Shown: positions 1 through 18,964 of the stretch, one piece after another
Layout: each line of letters opens with the position of its first letter
Numbering within the stretch: the first letter of the stretch is position 1
DNA from: the human T2T-CHM13v2.0 reference genome, Homo sapiens
DNA: 64,000 bases
Assembly: GCF_009914755.1 (NCBI RefSeq)
Contig: NC_060935.1
Strand: one strand, 5' to 3'
Notes under the pieces: generated by a model
The model's database searches: none
What the model saw: the letters and a program-made list of their open reading frames with translations, nothing else
Told to the model about the DNA's origin: nothing
Made by a program: the position numbers and the translations under genes

Positions 1-54
1 CACGATCTGGAGCCAGGATGAGAACCACAAGGCTAAAACTGCTTCTCTGTACAC

Positions 55-812
<758 letters not shown>

Positions 813-1099
813 GCTTCTCAGTACATTTTAAATAAACAGTGACAAGAAGTGTGAACAGTGCTGTGTTAGAAGTAAGAGCAGGTCCTAAGAAGGAGCAATC
901 AGCCCAGCCAGGTCCGGCGCCAGGGACTGGTGCCTGAGCTGAGATTTGAGGGATTAGTGGGAGCTGGGGAGGAAAAAGGTGGCAAGGGAGGAACATCAAG
1001 GCCTGGAGGTATAAGAGAGAAAACTGCAGCCAGTCCAGCAGGGCTCCCAGTCAGGTTTGGATGGAAAGGGGCATGAAGTGAGATTAGAGAGGCAATGAT

Positions 1100-1430
1100 A
1101 ACCAACGACTGACATTTAAAGACATTTACAATGGGCCAGGCACTGTGCCAAGCCCCTTGCATGTTTTAACTCATTTAAACATTACAGCAACCCTGTAAGA
1201 GAGAAAACCAGCTCTTCTTGTACATAGACGGAAGGCTAGACACTATTCTCAGGGCTTTGCATGAAGTAACAAATTTAACCCCACAACGACATGAGGTTGG
1301 AGCTGTTATTACTCCCATGTTATAGGTAGGAAAGTAAGGCATAGAGAGGATTCAAAAAATTGCCCAAGGTCATGCCAGATCAAACCTGGATTTAAACCCA
1401 GGTTTCAGCAGCTTTGCTTGTCACTACTGT
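1100..1430. mobile_element. MIR fragments
   Basis: MIR core-like GCCAGGCACTGTGCCAAG and TGCCCAAGGTCA..GGATTTAAACCCAGG. Confidence 0.6.
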
Positions 1431-1449
1431 GCCTGACAATTGAGGACAT

Positions 1450-2260
1450 AAGGACAAGGTAAGGAATTTAGATTTTTAGCTGGCAGGCCCACTGGACAGG
1501 TTTAGGCAGAAAGCAGCCAGTTCCGATTTGTATTTTATAATCATCCTATTAATAACTACTGTATGGAGAATGACAGGCAGGGACAAGACAGAGAGAACAG
1601 TAAGCCAGGTGAGAAGGGGAATGGAGGAGGGGTTGGTGACAATACAGGAAAAATGGTGGGTTGTCGGGGTGGTTGAAAGAAATTAAGGAATCAGAATAGT
1701 CAACATATGGTGGTTTATTTATTTATTTTCTTCCTGATGGACCTATGACATACGATGATTTATTAAAGTGGGGCCAGGGATAACTCCCAGGTTTCTGAGA
1801 GAATAACAGTGCATTTCATAGAGATTGGGGGGTACATGGGAGGAGCAAACTTAGGGTTGGGGAGAAGCAAGGGATAAAAACAGTGAGATAATATGAGAAA
1901 GACTGAGTTTTGAGCACATCCAAGGAGCGTGATTTAAGCATATAGGCTCCATGAAGATAAAGATCTTCATCTAGTTCATTCACTGGTCTGGCCCAGTGCC
2001 AAGAACAATACCTGGCATAAGAAGATAACCCCATAAATAGTTGTTGAATGACCGAGTATGGATCTAGCAGAGAAAAAAGCTCTGAATTGGAGGTTAGGAA
2101 ATTACAATGAGAACTGGAGCTACACAGCTGGTCAGCAGCATGTAGAGTGAGGACAGTTGTAAAGACAGAGCTCTGGGGACCCTAGCCTTTAAAAGAGTAA
2201 CAGAGGAAAAGCAAGTGAACCTTAGAGAGACTGATGAGTGGCCAGAGATGGGGAGCAACC
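1450..2260. mobile_element. Degraded L2 fragments
   Basis: Purine-rich L2-like sequence plus L2 3'-end motif CCTGGCATA..ATAAATAGTTGTTGAATGA. Confidence 0.5.
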
Positions 2261-2522
2261 AGGGGCCAGGGGGGCTGTCAAAGGCCATCAGCAACCAGAG
2301 CACCTTAAGATTCTCTCCTTCACGGGGTCCTCTGGTCTACGTCTCTAACCAGCAAGGGGACACTCAGATTTTGAAGGTAAAAGAGGCTTTGCAGCTCTGC
2401 CTTCTTTAAGCACATTAAGAACAACATGCATGTTAAGAGCAACTAAGGTTTGAACAGTGCTTTCCAGTTTATAAAACATGCCTTCTCAGATTCTTCTTTT
2501 TCTAATTTCAAATCCAATATAC

Positions 2523-3180
<658 letters not shown>

Positions 3181-3394
3181 TTTCATGCATTGCAAAACAC
3201 ATGATTATCCTGGGAGATACTACTGCCTACCTCCACAGGCTGCCTTGGGAATTACATGTGATCATGCCTGGCAGCCACCCTATAAAATGTTTATTGATTA
3301 CCTAGGTTTGGTTCAATACCAAAACAATTTAATTCTTACAGGGGAGTCATTATCCCCATTTTTACGTGATTTGGTGCACATTGGAGGGGAGTGT

Positions 3395-3538
3395 GACAGC
3401 AGTATGTTGGTAAACCTGTCCTGTGAGAGAAAGACATCCCTAATTTGAGGTGTTTGTCAATTTTCGTAACTCCTCCCACCATAGTTGATATTAAACTATC
3501 AGTGGTTTAACAACTGGCCAGTTCCAGCAAACCACTGA
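3395..3538. mobile_element. Possible MER63-like hAT fragment
   Basis: Ends in CCAGCAAACCACTG and contains TTTAACAACTGG, resembling MER63 termini as recalled. Confidence 0.4.
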
Positions 3539-3626
3539 GTGCCGCAAATTCTAAAGCTCAGAGCAGCTAAGAATTTGCTCGTGGTCTCATAAGTGGGCAC
3601 TGAAGACCAGCCTTTTCTGACTCTAA

Positions 3627-3956
<330 letters not shown>

Positions 3957-3985
3957 CAGGGATTCTTTAAAATGAGCCAGCATCT

Positions 3986-4340
<355 letters not shown>

Positions 4341-4552
4341 TTAATAATTTTATAAATCTATATTTTCACTAGTAAACTACTAAATGAATTATCCATTATA
4401 AAATGTGATGTTCATAAACAAACACTGGGCTGTTACAAGAGTTTATTAAAGACTCTAAATTTTCAGTATTCCACTAGGAAATTTGTCTCCCAGGCCAATT
4501 GTGGCAACCCCAGTTTGCCTCCTACTGTTCATGGCCTCACACAGATAACTGG

Positions 4553-4962
4553 TGATATAGTTTGGATATTTGTCCCCACCCAGATCTCATGTTGAATTGT
4601 AATCCCCAATGCTGGAGGTAGGGCCTGGTGGGAGGTGTTGGTTCATGGCGGGTGGATCCCTTATGGTTTGGCGCTGTCTTTGTGATCGTGAATGAGTTCT
4701 TGTGAGATCTGGTCATTTAAAAGTATGTGGCACCTCCCACCACACTCACTCTTACTCCTGCTCTCACCGTGTGAAGTGCCTACTTCTGCTTCACCTTACA
4801 CCATGAGTAAAAGCTCCCTGAGGCCTCCCCAGATGCCAAGCAGATGCTGGTGCCCTGCTTCCTGTACAGCCTGCAGAACCATGAGCCAATTAAACCTCTC
4901 TTCTGTATAAGTTACCCAGTCTCAGGTATTTCTTTATAGCAATGCACAAATGGCCTAACATA
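4553..4962 (+). mobile_element. MaLR solo LTR (MSTA/MSTB-type)
   Basis: Starts TGATATAGTTTGGATATTTGTCCCC, ends CAGGTATTTCTTTATAGCAATG..CCTAACATA; flanks ACTGG/GCTGG. Confidence 0.9.
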
Positions 4963-5379
4963 GCTGGAATGCCCTGAATTTGGGGAATAGACTCTCTGTT
5001 ATCAGATCATCAAATCATTGGTGTTGTCTTGAGTTTGTCATGATTTTCAATTGCTGTTATTCTTCCTCTTTAATTTTAAATAACTGTTAGCTTACCTTTC
5101 CCTTTTTGGTTTAGGTTGTTAAGCATTATAGAACATGTAGGGAGACATATTTTCACCAGTAGCATTTTTGTCCTATAATCTGCTAATAACTGGATATTAA
5201 GACGTGTACTTTGTGATTCACTTATGACTTAGCCATACCCCCATTGCTAAAGCCAATGTAAATATTACCTCTCTAAATTTTGTTTTCATGGTCATACTTC
5301 TGTGGTGATACGTGTGACTGCCTGTGAAAGGGTGCTATTTAAACAACTTGCAACACACTCTCAATATAATGCATGTGCA

Positions 5380-5534
5380 ATCATGCCCAGCTAATTGTTG
5401 TACTTTTAGTAGAGACGGGGTTTCACCATGTTGTCCAGGATGGTCTCAATCTCTTGATCTCATGATTCCCCCACCTCAGTCTCCCAAAGTGCTGAGATTA
5501 CAGGTGTGTACAGGTGTGTACACCGCACCTGGCC
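5380..5534 (-). mobile_element. Partial Alu (left arm) with a small TACAGGTGTG tandem duplication
   Basis: TTTTTAGTAGAGACGGGGTTTCACCATG..CCCAAAGTGCTGAGATTACAGG. Confidence 0.85.
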
Positions 5535-7808
5535 AGCTGTTTACTCTTTGATAGGCTCTTCCTAGGACAATGATTTTGTAATATCATTTTCAGTTCAACA
5601 AATGGAAAGATATTCAGTTTTGTCTCTACGGTTGACCAAAGTTTGTTCTTTGCAATTGATAATTTGGAAGTTTCTTTGTGCTTCACATATGATATTATTC
5701 GTAATGTTCTCTAAACTGTTAGGATTGTTATCAACTTTGGGAAAGCCTCTATCTTGCACTGTGAGGTCTTCCCTTTTCATAGCAACCTGTTCTTATTTTG
5801 TGGATGCATCATCTTTATGAGAATACTAAGGAGGGTGATTCTTTTAAATTTGTTTATTTCATTTATTTGGCTTATTCCTCTGAGTGATCTCCCCTTCCTC
5901 CAGCATTGTTTCTTTCTGTTAGTTTAACTTATCCTTTTTGTTTTACTGAAATGTTTTTGCTTGCACATGTTTGAGAAGGTGGGCAAAGAAGAGCTGACTA
6001 TGACTTCTGTGTGGGAAGGTAGGTGGGAGTTGTGTTACTGAAAGCTTTTTTTCATAACGAGCAGACAGGGAACCAACCATTATACAGTATTTGGCAATCC
6101 TGAAATACAGTCTAGTCCTAATTCACTCAGTTTCTTTAGAATAAACCATCTTCTTTCTTGCAAGGGTTGAGGAAGGAACCTGACAGCTCTGCACACAGGG
6201 AAGGGGGGCAGGATTTATTATTAAGGCTTCAGCTTTATAGCTCACTTCTGCCATCAGGATGGTGGTGGCAAAAACATCGAGAACACCAGCATACACACCT
6301 CCACAATGATTTGTCTCTAAGATCTATCATTTGTTATGGTGAGTCTGGAGTCTTGTTAAGGTGAGTCTAGGAGTCTGTCCTGCCATCTTCTTTTCAGTGT
6401 CAGCACTGGCTTAGATGCTTTTTATTATTTTTATTCCTTTCAGCACTAAATCTCAGAGATAGCTATCTATGTCTCCGGAGTTTTGCCTGCAGGCTATATA
6501 TACAATGCCCTCAGCTCCAAGGCCCTTCCTCTTCCATGCTCACAGCTCAGAAAATACTTCCCAACACTCATCTTACCAGAGTGTAAGCCAGGTGCCAAGA
6601 CGTGACAAGTAGCAATGCCACATTTTTTAACTTTTAAAAACTGGGTCAGTCACAGATCTGAATAGCACTGAAACACAGCTGCTTTAAATTTTTGTCCCCT
6701 AAAACAAGGTCTAATTATAAGCTGCATGAGCAACTAAATCAGAAGTGTGCATTTGATTAAAATATGAACATTGTTTTTGACAAGTGGGTTTTGCATTGAC
6801 TCTATGTCCCAGCTCAGAGTGGGGGTAGTCTCCAGTTTGACTTAAAAACACATTGCCCCAAATCCTTAGTGTTTGCAGCTTGCAATATGCATAACAAGGA
6901 AGGGGTTGGGGGGCGTTCCACACCATCCCAACACAAAGGCAAGGTCAAGCTAATTATGTCCAGTCTCACTTTGGTAGGGGGATAAGGATTTCCCTTCAGG
7001 GCACCTTAACCCCTTGAGGAGGCCAGGTCCCCTCACTTTATGTTCTGGGGCTTACAAGAGTCGATACTGCTAACATGGGAAGGGTCCAGTGGGGAAGGAA
7101 AGCAGGCCACTGCCTCCAGGGTAGAAGAGCTCATTTCAAATTGGTTGCTCATGGGCAACCGAATTTTGCAGGCAGTTGATAGTCCACTCCAGACAGCAAC
7201 ATGAAGGACAGCTGGTCACCGAAGCAGTTCCCCCTTTGTGGTTCCTCCTGCCTCCAGTTTTCCCTCCCCTCCCCCTATTTCAGATTTCTCCCCATCTTCC
7301 TCTTCTGTGGTCCATGGTGAGTGCCACCCCCACCCTCTTCTCCTTCTACCCCAGTATGTGGTCATTCGTGTGGTCTCTGTGAGCAGGAAAACCTGCAAAT
7401 TTGCAGACCAAACTTTGTGTTTGGAGCAGTATTTCTAATCTTTGTAGGTGACTCATGTCTACTGGTACAGGCCAGGAGTGGGGATGGGAGCTAGTATTGG
7501 GGATTGTAATGGTACAGGTTTGATGCTCTCAGTGGTACCAGTAGAGCATGGTGAAGGGAAGAATGATTGTATCCTTTTTTAAGGAAGATTCCCTCCTATA
7601 ATCAACTTTTTCAATTAATTGACCAACTTCTAGTTCATAGACGAGGTCTCCTACTATGCTATTACTAGCTACAATGCATTGAATACCTATGAGTACCTAT
7701 TATGTGTCAGCAGTGGCTTAGATGCTTTTCACTATTTTTATTCCTTTCATCATCCTTCCAAGGTGTATTCACTTGTATCTGCATATTATAAAGAAAATAA
7801 GGTTCCCA

Positions 7809-8103
7809 GGCCAGGCGTGGTGGCTCACACCTGTAATCTCAGCACTTTGGGAGGCTGAGGCAGGTAGATCGCTTGAGCCCAGGAGTTCGAGACTGGCCTG
7901 GGCAACATGGCGAAACCCTGTCTCTACAGAAAATACAATAATTAGCTGGACGTGGTGGCACACACCTGTAGTCCCCGCTACTTGGGAAGCTGAGGTGGGA
8001 GGATGGCTTGAGCCCAGGAAGTCATACAGTGAGCTATGATGGCGCCACTGCACTCCAGCCTGGGCGATGGACTGAGACCCTGTCTCAGAGAAAAAGAAAA
8101 GAA
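7809..8103 (+). mobile_element. Alu (AluJ-type)
   Basis: Full dimer; degenerate TSD AAGAAAATAAGGTTCCCAG/AAGAAAATGAGATTTCCAG. Confidence 0.93.
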
Positions 8104-8135
8104 AATGAGATTTCCAGAGGCTCTTTGACTCTTTG

Positions 8136-8320
8136 ACGTCATTGACTCCAGGTAAGCAGATAATTCAGTTGCTGCTGAGTCAAATCCTTTATGCCTCATT
8201 TTTCTCATTTGTATCATGGCAGTGTTATGGGTCTTTAATGAGTTAATCTAGATAAAGAGATTTGTAAGCACTTAATAAATGTTTGGATGAGGAAGTATAC
8301 AGGTATATCTTAGTTGATAT
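8136..8320 (+). repeat. Local direct repeat copy 1 (185 bp, partly MIR-derived)
   Basis: Ungapped match to 10236-10420, 11 mismatches by manual count. Confidence 0.95.
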
Positions 8321-8383
8321 TACCTCTCTCAAGATAATCCTGCAAGTAAATAATGGAATATGAATTTGATTAATAGTCTTTCT

Positions 8384-8744
<361 letters not shown>

Positions 8745-8879
8745 CTACCCAGATCAGAGTCTTTGTGATGATGGTGGAAAGGAAGTATTGAAGGAAGGCC
8801 TGCCTGCTATTCCTTAGCTCACGGTTAAGAATGTCCTCTCTATATTCCCACCTACTTATAGTCCCCTATTAGGAGACTA

Positions 8880-9095
8880 ACACATTTATTAGGTATTTAT
8901 TATGTGCCAAGTACTGTGCTGGACACCTGTCACTTCATCTCATTTGCTCCTTATTCCATTTATATGAAATGAGAATTATTATCCTCATTTTACTGATAAG
9001 GAATGATAAGAGTCATTATATAACTTTCCCAAGGTCAAACAGCCAGTGAATGGTAGAGCCATGATTTGAACCCATAATTTGGAGAGATTCCAGAG
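8880..9095. mobile_element. MIR
   Basis: ATTATTATCCTCATTTTACTGATAAG..TTTCCCAAGGTCAAACAGC..GATTTGAACCC. Confidence 0.75.
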
Positions 9096-9205
9096 CCTGC
9101 TCCATGTGGCTTCCATGAATGGGAACCTATTCCTTTTGAAGTTATTCCTATGGCCCCTTTAAGCTTCAGGACAAATCATTTTGTGACTAAGTATAAGACA
9201 GTCAC

Positions 9206-9538
<333 letters not shown>

Positions 9539-9769
9539 TTAATAAATCAAATGTTAACTGAAAACCTGGATGACATAATGGTGTTGGTGTCTAAAAACAT
9601 CTAGAAAAGTTTCCATCTACATTTATGAAAATCTGCTTCAGCTCACTAAGGGACAAGTGGAGCCAAAAGCAGGCAGTGATGTGTTAGTCTGAGGCTTCCT
9701 GGGCAGGGACTGTCTCGTTCATCAGTTTCCATAGCTCCTAACATGAGATCAGCACATCAAAATTAGGGC

Positions 9770-9930
9770 CATTTATCGAGTACCTGCTGTGGACCAGATA
9801 ACTTAATAAGCATCATCTCAATCCTCATAACAATCCTGCAAGGTATATATTGGCTCCATTTCACAGGTGCAGACTCTAAGGCTCAGAGACATTAAGCAAC
9901 TCACCACTAATGAGTAGCAGAACTGGTAGA
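9770..9930. mobile_element. MIR
   Basis: ATCCTCATAACAATCCTGCAAGGTA..CCATTTCACAGGTGCAGACTCTAAGGCTCAGAG. Confidence 0.7.
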
Positions 9931-10235
9931 ACTCAGACCATCCGAGGTTTCTCAAAAAAGATCATAGTTGAGCTGGATCCTGGAGGATACATTTGAAGGA
10001 GGAAAATATGAGAAAAGTCCTTCTAATTAGCAGCAACAGGCAAAGAGGAGGAAAAGAGCATGACATTACCTAATTGAATAGCAATAATTTTTTTAGAGAA
10101 AAGTCTTTCCAAAACATCCAACTTAGCTTTCATAGGAATAATAGCTCAACTTCTTTTTACACTCATATTTCATAGGTTTCCATTGTACATTTAATTTAAT
10201 TACACCATGTGTGCCTGGCAAAAACTGGTTAGCAA

Positions 10236-10420
10236 ACGTCACTGACTCCTGGTAAGCAGATAATTCAATTGCTGCTGAGTCAAGTCCTTTATGCCTCATT
10301 TTTCTCATTTGTGTCATGGCGGTGTTATGTGGCTTTAATGAGTTAATCTAGATAAAGAGATTTGTAAGCACTTAATAAATGTTTGGATGAGGAAGCATAC
10401 AGGTGTATCTTAGCTGATAT
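10236..10420 (+). repeat. Local direct repeat copy 2 (185 bp)
   Basis: Offset exactly 2100 bp from copy 1. Confidence 0.95.
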
Positions 10421-11009
10421 GTTTTCCCTGAAGGAATGTGGAGCATCAGTAAACCCCGTGCATGATTTGGTTACATGGAGGAACATTACCAGCTTCTCCT
10501 GTGTTACGGGATGGTTTTATTAGACAACAATGCCTTCTATGGATCATAGAAAACCTTCCCACCGAAATACTACCTTCTCATTCTCGGATTTCTTATGAAA
10601 TGTGCACTTTGTCCCCAGGATACCTGACTCATTCCTTATCCAAAGGCCTTATTTGCAGGTCTGGCCTGAAGGCAGGAAGCAGCACAAAAGTAGTGTCTCC
10701 TCCTTCAACATTTGAATGACTGCCATAAAAATAAATAAATAACATCCTTTTTTTACTCCCAAAGGGGATGTTTACAACAAGTGTCTTACTCTCTCCTCAA
10801 CTACAGCAAATATGTGTTCAGGAGTATCAGGTTGCAAGGTATACACCAATTCCAAGAGCACTGCTGCAAGCAAAATATGCCATACTTTCTGATGTTAGAA
10901 AATTCTCCAAGTTGACTTCATTTCTCGGTTGCTGGCAGCCAATCATAAGCATCCTAGAAATGCTGCACGTCTAGTGGAAAAGTTGGAATGTAAGGCCCTC
11001 CAAGGTAAT

Positions 11010-11550
11010 ATGATGGAAAGAAGAAGGGCTTTAGAGGCAGACATGACTGGATCCAAATTCAGTCTGTGCCATTTGTTTTTAGCTGTGCAATTTGGTCAAG
11101 TCACTTAACCTCTCTAAGCCTCAGTTTCCTCAACTACACAAAGAATAATCTTTGCTGCATTAAATTCTTGAAAAGACTTAATGTGTTAAGGCAGAAATTC
11201 ACCTAGTTTAGGACTGGACACACAGTGTGCATTCAATGTATGGTAGCCATTATTATTGATTATTTTTCAGTATAACTCCAGCATTGAACCTTAGGTGTAA
11301 TGAAGCTATACAATGTCGTGACTAAAAGCCAGGCTACCTGGGTTTGAATTCCAGATCTTCTACTTCTGAACTGAGTAAACTTGGACAACTTTTTAAAGCT
11401 CTCTGTGCTTCATTTTCCTTCTCTAAAATAGAAAAAGTAACACAACCTATCTCAAAGGGTTGTTATCAGAGTTAAATAAGTTAGTATATGTAAAATGTTT
11501 AGAATAGTACTTAGAACATATTAAGCAGTAATGTGTCAGGTATTATATAA
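11010..11550. mobile_element. Two tandem MIR elements
   Basis: CAAGTCACTTAACCTCTCTAAGCCTCAGTTTCCTC and CTGGGTTTGAATTCCAG..CTCTGTGCTTCATTTTCC cores. Confidence 0.75.
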
Positions 11551-11737
11551 TTACTGTATTATAACTGTCTCTTTAACTGTGAACTGTGAGATAAGGACTC
11601 TTTTGTTTCTGTATCTCCAGGGTGGTCAAGTGACTAGAGCAGATTAATAAATGTTAATTGAATAAATGAAGCATCTCACATGCCATGCTAGTCAAGACTT
11701 TCCCTAATTTAAACTAACCAATTTAAACTAACTACAA

Positions 11738-12048
11738 AGTCTAGGCATGGTGGTTCATGCCTGTAACCTTAGCCCTTGAGAGGCTGAGGTGAGGGGATCA
11801 GCTGAGCTCAGGAATTCAAGACCAGCCTGGGCAACATAGTGAGACCCCATCTCTCAAAAAAAAAAAAAAAAAAAAAAGCTGGATGCGGTAGCACATTCCT
11901 GTAGTCCCAGTTAATTGGGAGGCTGAGACGGGAGGATTGCTGGAGCTCAGGAGTTCAAGGCTGCAGTGAGTCATGATCATGTCACCGCAGTCTAGAGTTG
12001 GTGACAGAGTGAGACCCTGTCTCAAAAAATAAAATAAAAATAAATAAA
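11738..12048 (+). mobile_element. Alu (AluJ-type)
   Basis: Dimer with expanded middle A-run; flanks share AAACTAACTA. Confidence 0.92.
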
Positions 12049-12099
12049 CTAACTAAAGAAAAAATAAGGCAATTTATTGCTGCTCATATTTAAATAACC

Positions 12100-12500
12100 C
12101 AGGGATGAATCTTCCTTCAGGCATAATTAGAACCCAGGGCTCAAATAATTTAAGGAATTGTCTCTAGCATTTCTGTTTTGTTGGCTCTCTCCACACATAG
12201 GGCATTATAGCCACCAGCAACCCAAGCCTCAGAGCCAGCCACTTTAGCACTCAGTGGAAAAAGAGACTCTTCCAAAATATCTGGCCAGGAGAGAATTTTA
12301 ATGTGCCCAGTTTGAGTCATGCACCCATCCTACTATTAACTTCTGTGGTCAAAGAAATGATGTAATCTGATTAGCTAGGTCTGCCCCACTGTGTAAAAAG
12401 GAAGGGGCAGCCCTATGCAAACACACAGATTTCCCCAAAGGAAATAACATTCTATTATAGGGATGAAGGGAAAGGGATGCTGAGCAGGCAAAAATGCCAG
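12100..12500 (-). mobile_element. Old MaLR LTR (MLT1J/K-like) fragment
   Basis: TTTGAGTCATGCACCCATCC, CTGATTAGCTAGG and GGATGCTGAGCAGGCAAAA resemble antisense MLT1. Confidence 0.5.
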
Positions 12501-12550
12501 ATGGCTTGACATATGCCAAAGAATGGTTGTCAAGCCCATTGGTCCTAGGT

Positions 12551-13033
12551 CAGCAGTCCCCAACCTTTTTGGCACCAGGGACCGGTTTCATGGAAGACGA
12601 TGTTTCCACAGACCAGTGTGTGTATGTGGGGAGGGATGGTTTCAGGATGAAACCTGAAATATAATGTACAAGTGCATTATATTTATTGTGTGCTTTATTT
12701 CTATTATTATTACATTGTAATATGTAATGAAATAATTATACAACTCACCATAATGCATAATCAGTGGGAGCCCTGAGCTTGTTTTCTTGCAACTAGACAG
12801 TCCTATCTGAGGGTGATGAGAGACAGTGACAGATCATCAGGCATTAGATTCTCATAAGGAGCACACAACCTAGATCCCTTCCTTGCCCACTTCACAATAG
12901 GGTTCACGCTCCTAAAAGAACCTAATGCCATCTGAGAGGAGGCAGAGTTCAGGCAGTAATGAGAGCAATGGGGAGGGGCTATAAATACAGATGAAGCTTC
13001 GCTCGCCTGCCACTCACCTCCTGCTGTGTGGCC
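12551..13033 (+). mobile_element. MER1A/MER1B hAT-Charlie element, distal end missing
   Basis: Starts CAGCAGTCCCCAACCTTTTTGGCACCAGGGACCGGTTTCATGGAAGAC; internal AGATCATCAGGCATTAGATTCTCATAAGG. Confidence 0.9.
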
Positions 13034-13867
13034 TCTCTAGATTATTCCAGACAATAAAACTCTGCCCACTTTTAACAGGGCTTTTAAGAAAAACACCTTA
13101 ATCTTTCTAAGTAATTATTCCAGATTTCAATAATCTCCACATAAAGTTATTCTTAAATTCAATCTAGTCTAAATTCCTTGGTATTCAAGGTATTTTTCTT
13201 CTTGTTTGTTCTGCTGTGAAATGAAAAAAATGGCTTAGCAAGTTATTTAATCTATAAATTAATTTGAATACTTTTTATGAAGGAAGGACAAATAGATATT
13301 ATGAATATGGGGTCACCTGGAGAAGCATGGTGAGAAGTCAAATCTAATGGGAAAGAAAGCTGTGATCAATTAACGAAGTCTACTTGCCCCAGGTTCTAGA
13401 GAGGAGAGTGGTCACACAGTTGGCTGTGTTTGCCATCTCTGGTTTTTGTAATTCTTCATCTTAAAAACAAAAGTTGTATCTACTTACAGGGCTAAAAATT
13501 ATTCCCCAGTGAATCAGCAAAGAGAGTGTAATTAGTATGTTTTTTATGCAAAAGAAGATTGCAAACCACTCGGCACTCTGCTTGGATTTGCTGAGGTGCC
13601 ACCTCAGGTGTTAACAAAAATGAGATGTGTGAGAGAGAAAATCATTACACCCACCAGCAGCCCTTCCTTCCACCCTGGATCTCATCATCTGAAGTGTCAT
13701 CACTGACACCAGATGTGCTTTTGTGGCATCGTGGCAGCTGACAGCTAAAGATGAGCAAGTTAGTCTGATTTGCAGTAACTTTTCCCATTTATTTTGTTCC
13801 ATTGATATACATGGACCAGGCTGAATTGTCATCCAGAAGATTCTATTTTGCCTGTCTCCACACTAAC

Positions 13868-14778
13868 TTTTTTAATACAAACAGTTTAAAATAAACAAAA
13901 TTAGAATCGTATTGTTTAAATGCCCATCACTTAGATTCAACAATTATTAGAATTGTGCCATATTTGCTTCATGTATCCCTCTCCTTTTTCTATTTGAGTA
14001 TTTCAAAGCAAGTCTCAGACCTCATGTTATCTCTCCCTTGATACTGCATACACAAATATTTTCTACATAACCACACTGCTACCAACACACCTAACAAAAG
14101 TAACACCTCTTTGGTATCATCGAATTCTTAGATAATTTTTATACTTTCCTGATGTTTAAATACATGTATTTTTTATGGTTAGTTCATTAGAATCAGAATC
14201 TGAACAAGGTCGTTACATTGCATTTGAAGGTTATGTCTTTTGAGTCTTAAAATCTACAACAGTATCTCCCAGCTCTACCCCACCCTTTTTTTCATGCTAT
14301 TGATTTGTTGATTAAACTAGTTCAATAGTTCTATAAAATATCCCACATTCTGGATTTATCCATTTATTTATAAGTAGTGTCACTTAAACTTGAGTCTGTA
14401 TCCCCTGTATTTCATGTAAACTAGAAAATTAGTCCCAAAGGCCTTATTAGATTTGGGTTCCTTTTCTTTTTTCTCCCCATAAAGGGGGCATCTCAAGAGG
14501 TACATACTGTCTGGCTGTCCCACTCTGAGTGTAGTTAACACTGATCAGTGGTTCCAGGGGTGTCAGCCGGATCTCTCTATTGTAAAGTTCTCCAGAAGCT
14601 TTTAATCTAATTCTTTCATCCCTTATTGATCTTTGCAAAATGCTGGTTTTCTTTTCCTAATTCTATCATTCCTACCACATTTTTTAGCTGGGATTCGTCT
14701 GTAAAGAACTTTTCCTTATCAGTTAGGTCTAGTTGGTCACCTGGAAATGTAGATTGCATTGGGAAGGCAGGATAATAC
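13868..14778 (-). mobile_element. Old L1MC-like 3' region
   Basis: CCCATCACTTAGATTCAACAATT, TTTCTACATAACCAC and TCCCACATTCTGGATTT motifs; homologous to 22735-24110. Confidence 0.65.
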
Positions 14779-15197
14779 TGTTGCAGAATTTTGCTCCTTA
14801 GTTCAGCTAATACCAGGTTCCAGACACAAGCCAGGAAAATTTAGACACATGGACACACTGAAGGGTAAATAGAGCAGGATTTCATTGGGCAAAAAGGGAG
14901 AAAAAGAAAAAAGACTCAACAAAGCAAGATGGAGTCCTGCTAACAGGCCTCTCACCTCAGGGACTGAATCCCAGGCCACCACACAGGAATTGGAAGCCAG
15001 GCTCCTCCCCTGGCCTGTGGCCCCCGCCTCCGCCCGTGGCTCCACCCCATTCCCCCAGTGCACATGTGGGCATGGTCAGGCAAAGCCCTGCGCAGGTTCC
15101 CTCATCTGAACAAAAGCATCTGATATAAAGACTTGTGGGGCTGGTCAGAGGTTCTCCAGGAACCCCTTTTTATCTGCCTATGCATTTGGCTGTCTCA
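14779..15197 (-). mobile_element. ERV1 3' LTR (MER61-like)
   Basis: Minus strand runs TGAGACAGCCAAATGC..GCTGAACTAAGGAGCAAAATTCTGCAACA with TG..CA termini; polypurine tract AGAGGGGGGAA directly upstream. Confidence 0.8.
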
Positions 15198-17491
<2,294 letters not shown>

Positions 17492-18256
17492 TGAACATCA
17501 CTAATCATTGGAGAAATGCAGATCAAAACCACAATGAGATACCATCTCACACCAGTCAGAATGGCTATTACCAAAAAGTCAAAAAATAAAAGATGTTGAG
17601 GCTGCAGAGAAAAGGAAATGCTTATACACTGTGTTAGTGGGAATGTAAATTTATTCAGCCACTGTGGAAAACAATTTGGAGATTTCTCAAAGAACTAAAA
17701 ATAGAACTCTCATTTGACCCAGAAATCCTATCACTGGACATATATCCAAAGGAAAATTAATTATTCTACCAAAAAAACACATGCACTCATATGTTCATCA
17801 TAGCACTGTCCACAATAGCAAAGACATGAAATCAACCTAGGTGCCCATCAATGGTGGATTAGATAAAGAAAATGCCATACATATACACTATGGAATATGA
17901 CACAGCCATAAAAAATTACAAAATCATGTTCTCTGCAGCAGCACACATGGAGCTGGAGGCCATTATCCTAAGCCAATTAATGCAGAATGGAAAGTCAAAC
18001 ACCACATGTTCTCACTTACAAGTGGGAGCGAAACACTGGGTACACATGGACATAAAGATGGGAACAATAGACACTTCAGGCTACTAGACAGCTGAGAGAG
18101 GGAAAGGGGCAAGGGTGGAAAAACTACTTGTTGGGTACTATGCTCACTACCTGGGTGATGGGGTCAGTTATACCCCAAACCTCAGCATCACGCAATATAT
18201 CCATGGAATAAACGTGCACATGTACCCCTGAATCTAAAATAATAGTTGAAAAATTT
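17492..18256 (+). mobile_element. 5'-truncated L1 (L1PB/old L1PA), end of ORF2 plus 3'UTR
   Basis: CATCACTAATCATT..AAAACCACAATGAGATACCATCTCACACCAGTCAGAATGGC..TTCTCACTTACAAGTGGGAGC..TGCACATGTACCCCTGAATCTAAAATAA. Confidence 0.92.
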
Positions 18257-18402
18257 TTTAAAAGGTTCTTATCCTTAAGAGATACATACTAAAATATATA
18301 ATATCTCAGATTTATGTCAAAATAATGCAGTGGTCAAGGAGAGGGAAGGATATAAATAAAACAATTTTTGGCTAAGAGTTGTTAATTATTGAAGCTGGAT
18401 GA

Positions 18403-18964
<562 letters not shown>

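Noticed and set aside
7176-7438. Possible minus-strand exon in GC-richer non-repeat DNA (acceptor-like TTTGCAG and CTCACAG, acidic 60-aa ORF)
   Set aside because: No recognisable domain, no convincing donor or partner exons; cannot be supported without transcript data.
13428-13610. Weaker CTCF-like words TGCCATCTCTGG and GTGCCACCTCAGG
   Set aside because: Partial matches of a kind expected by chance in 64 kb.
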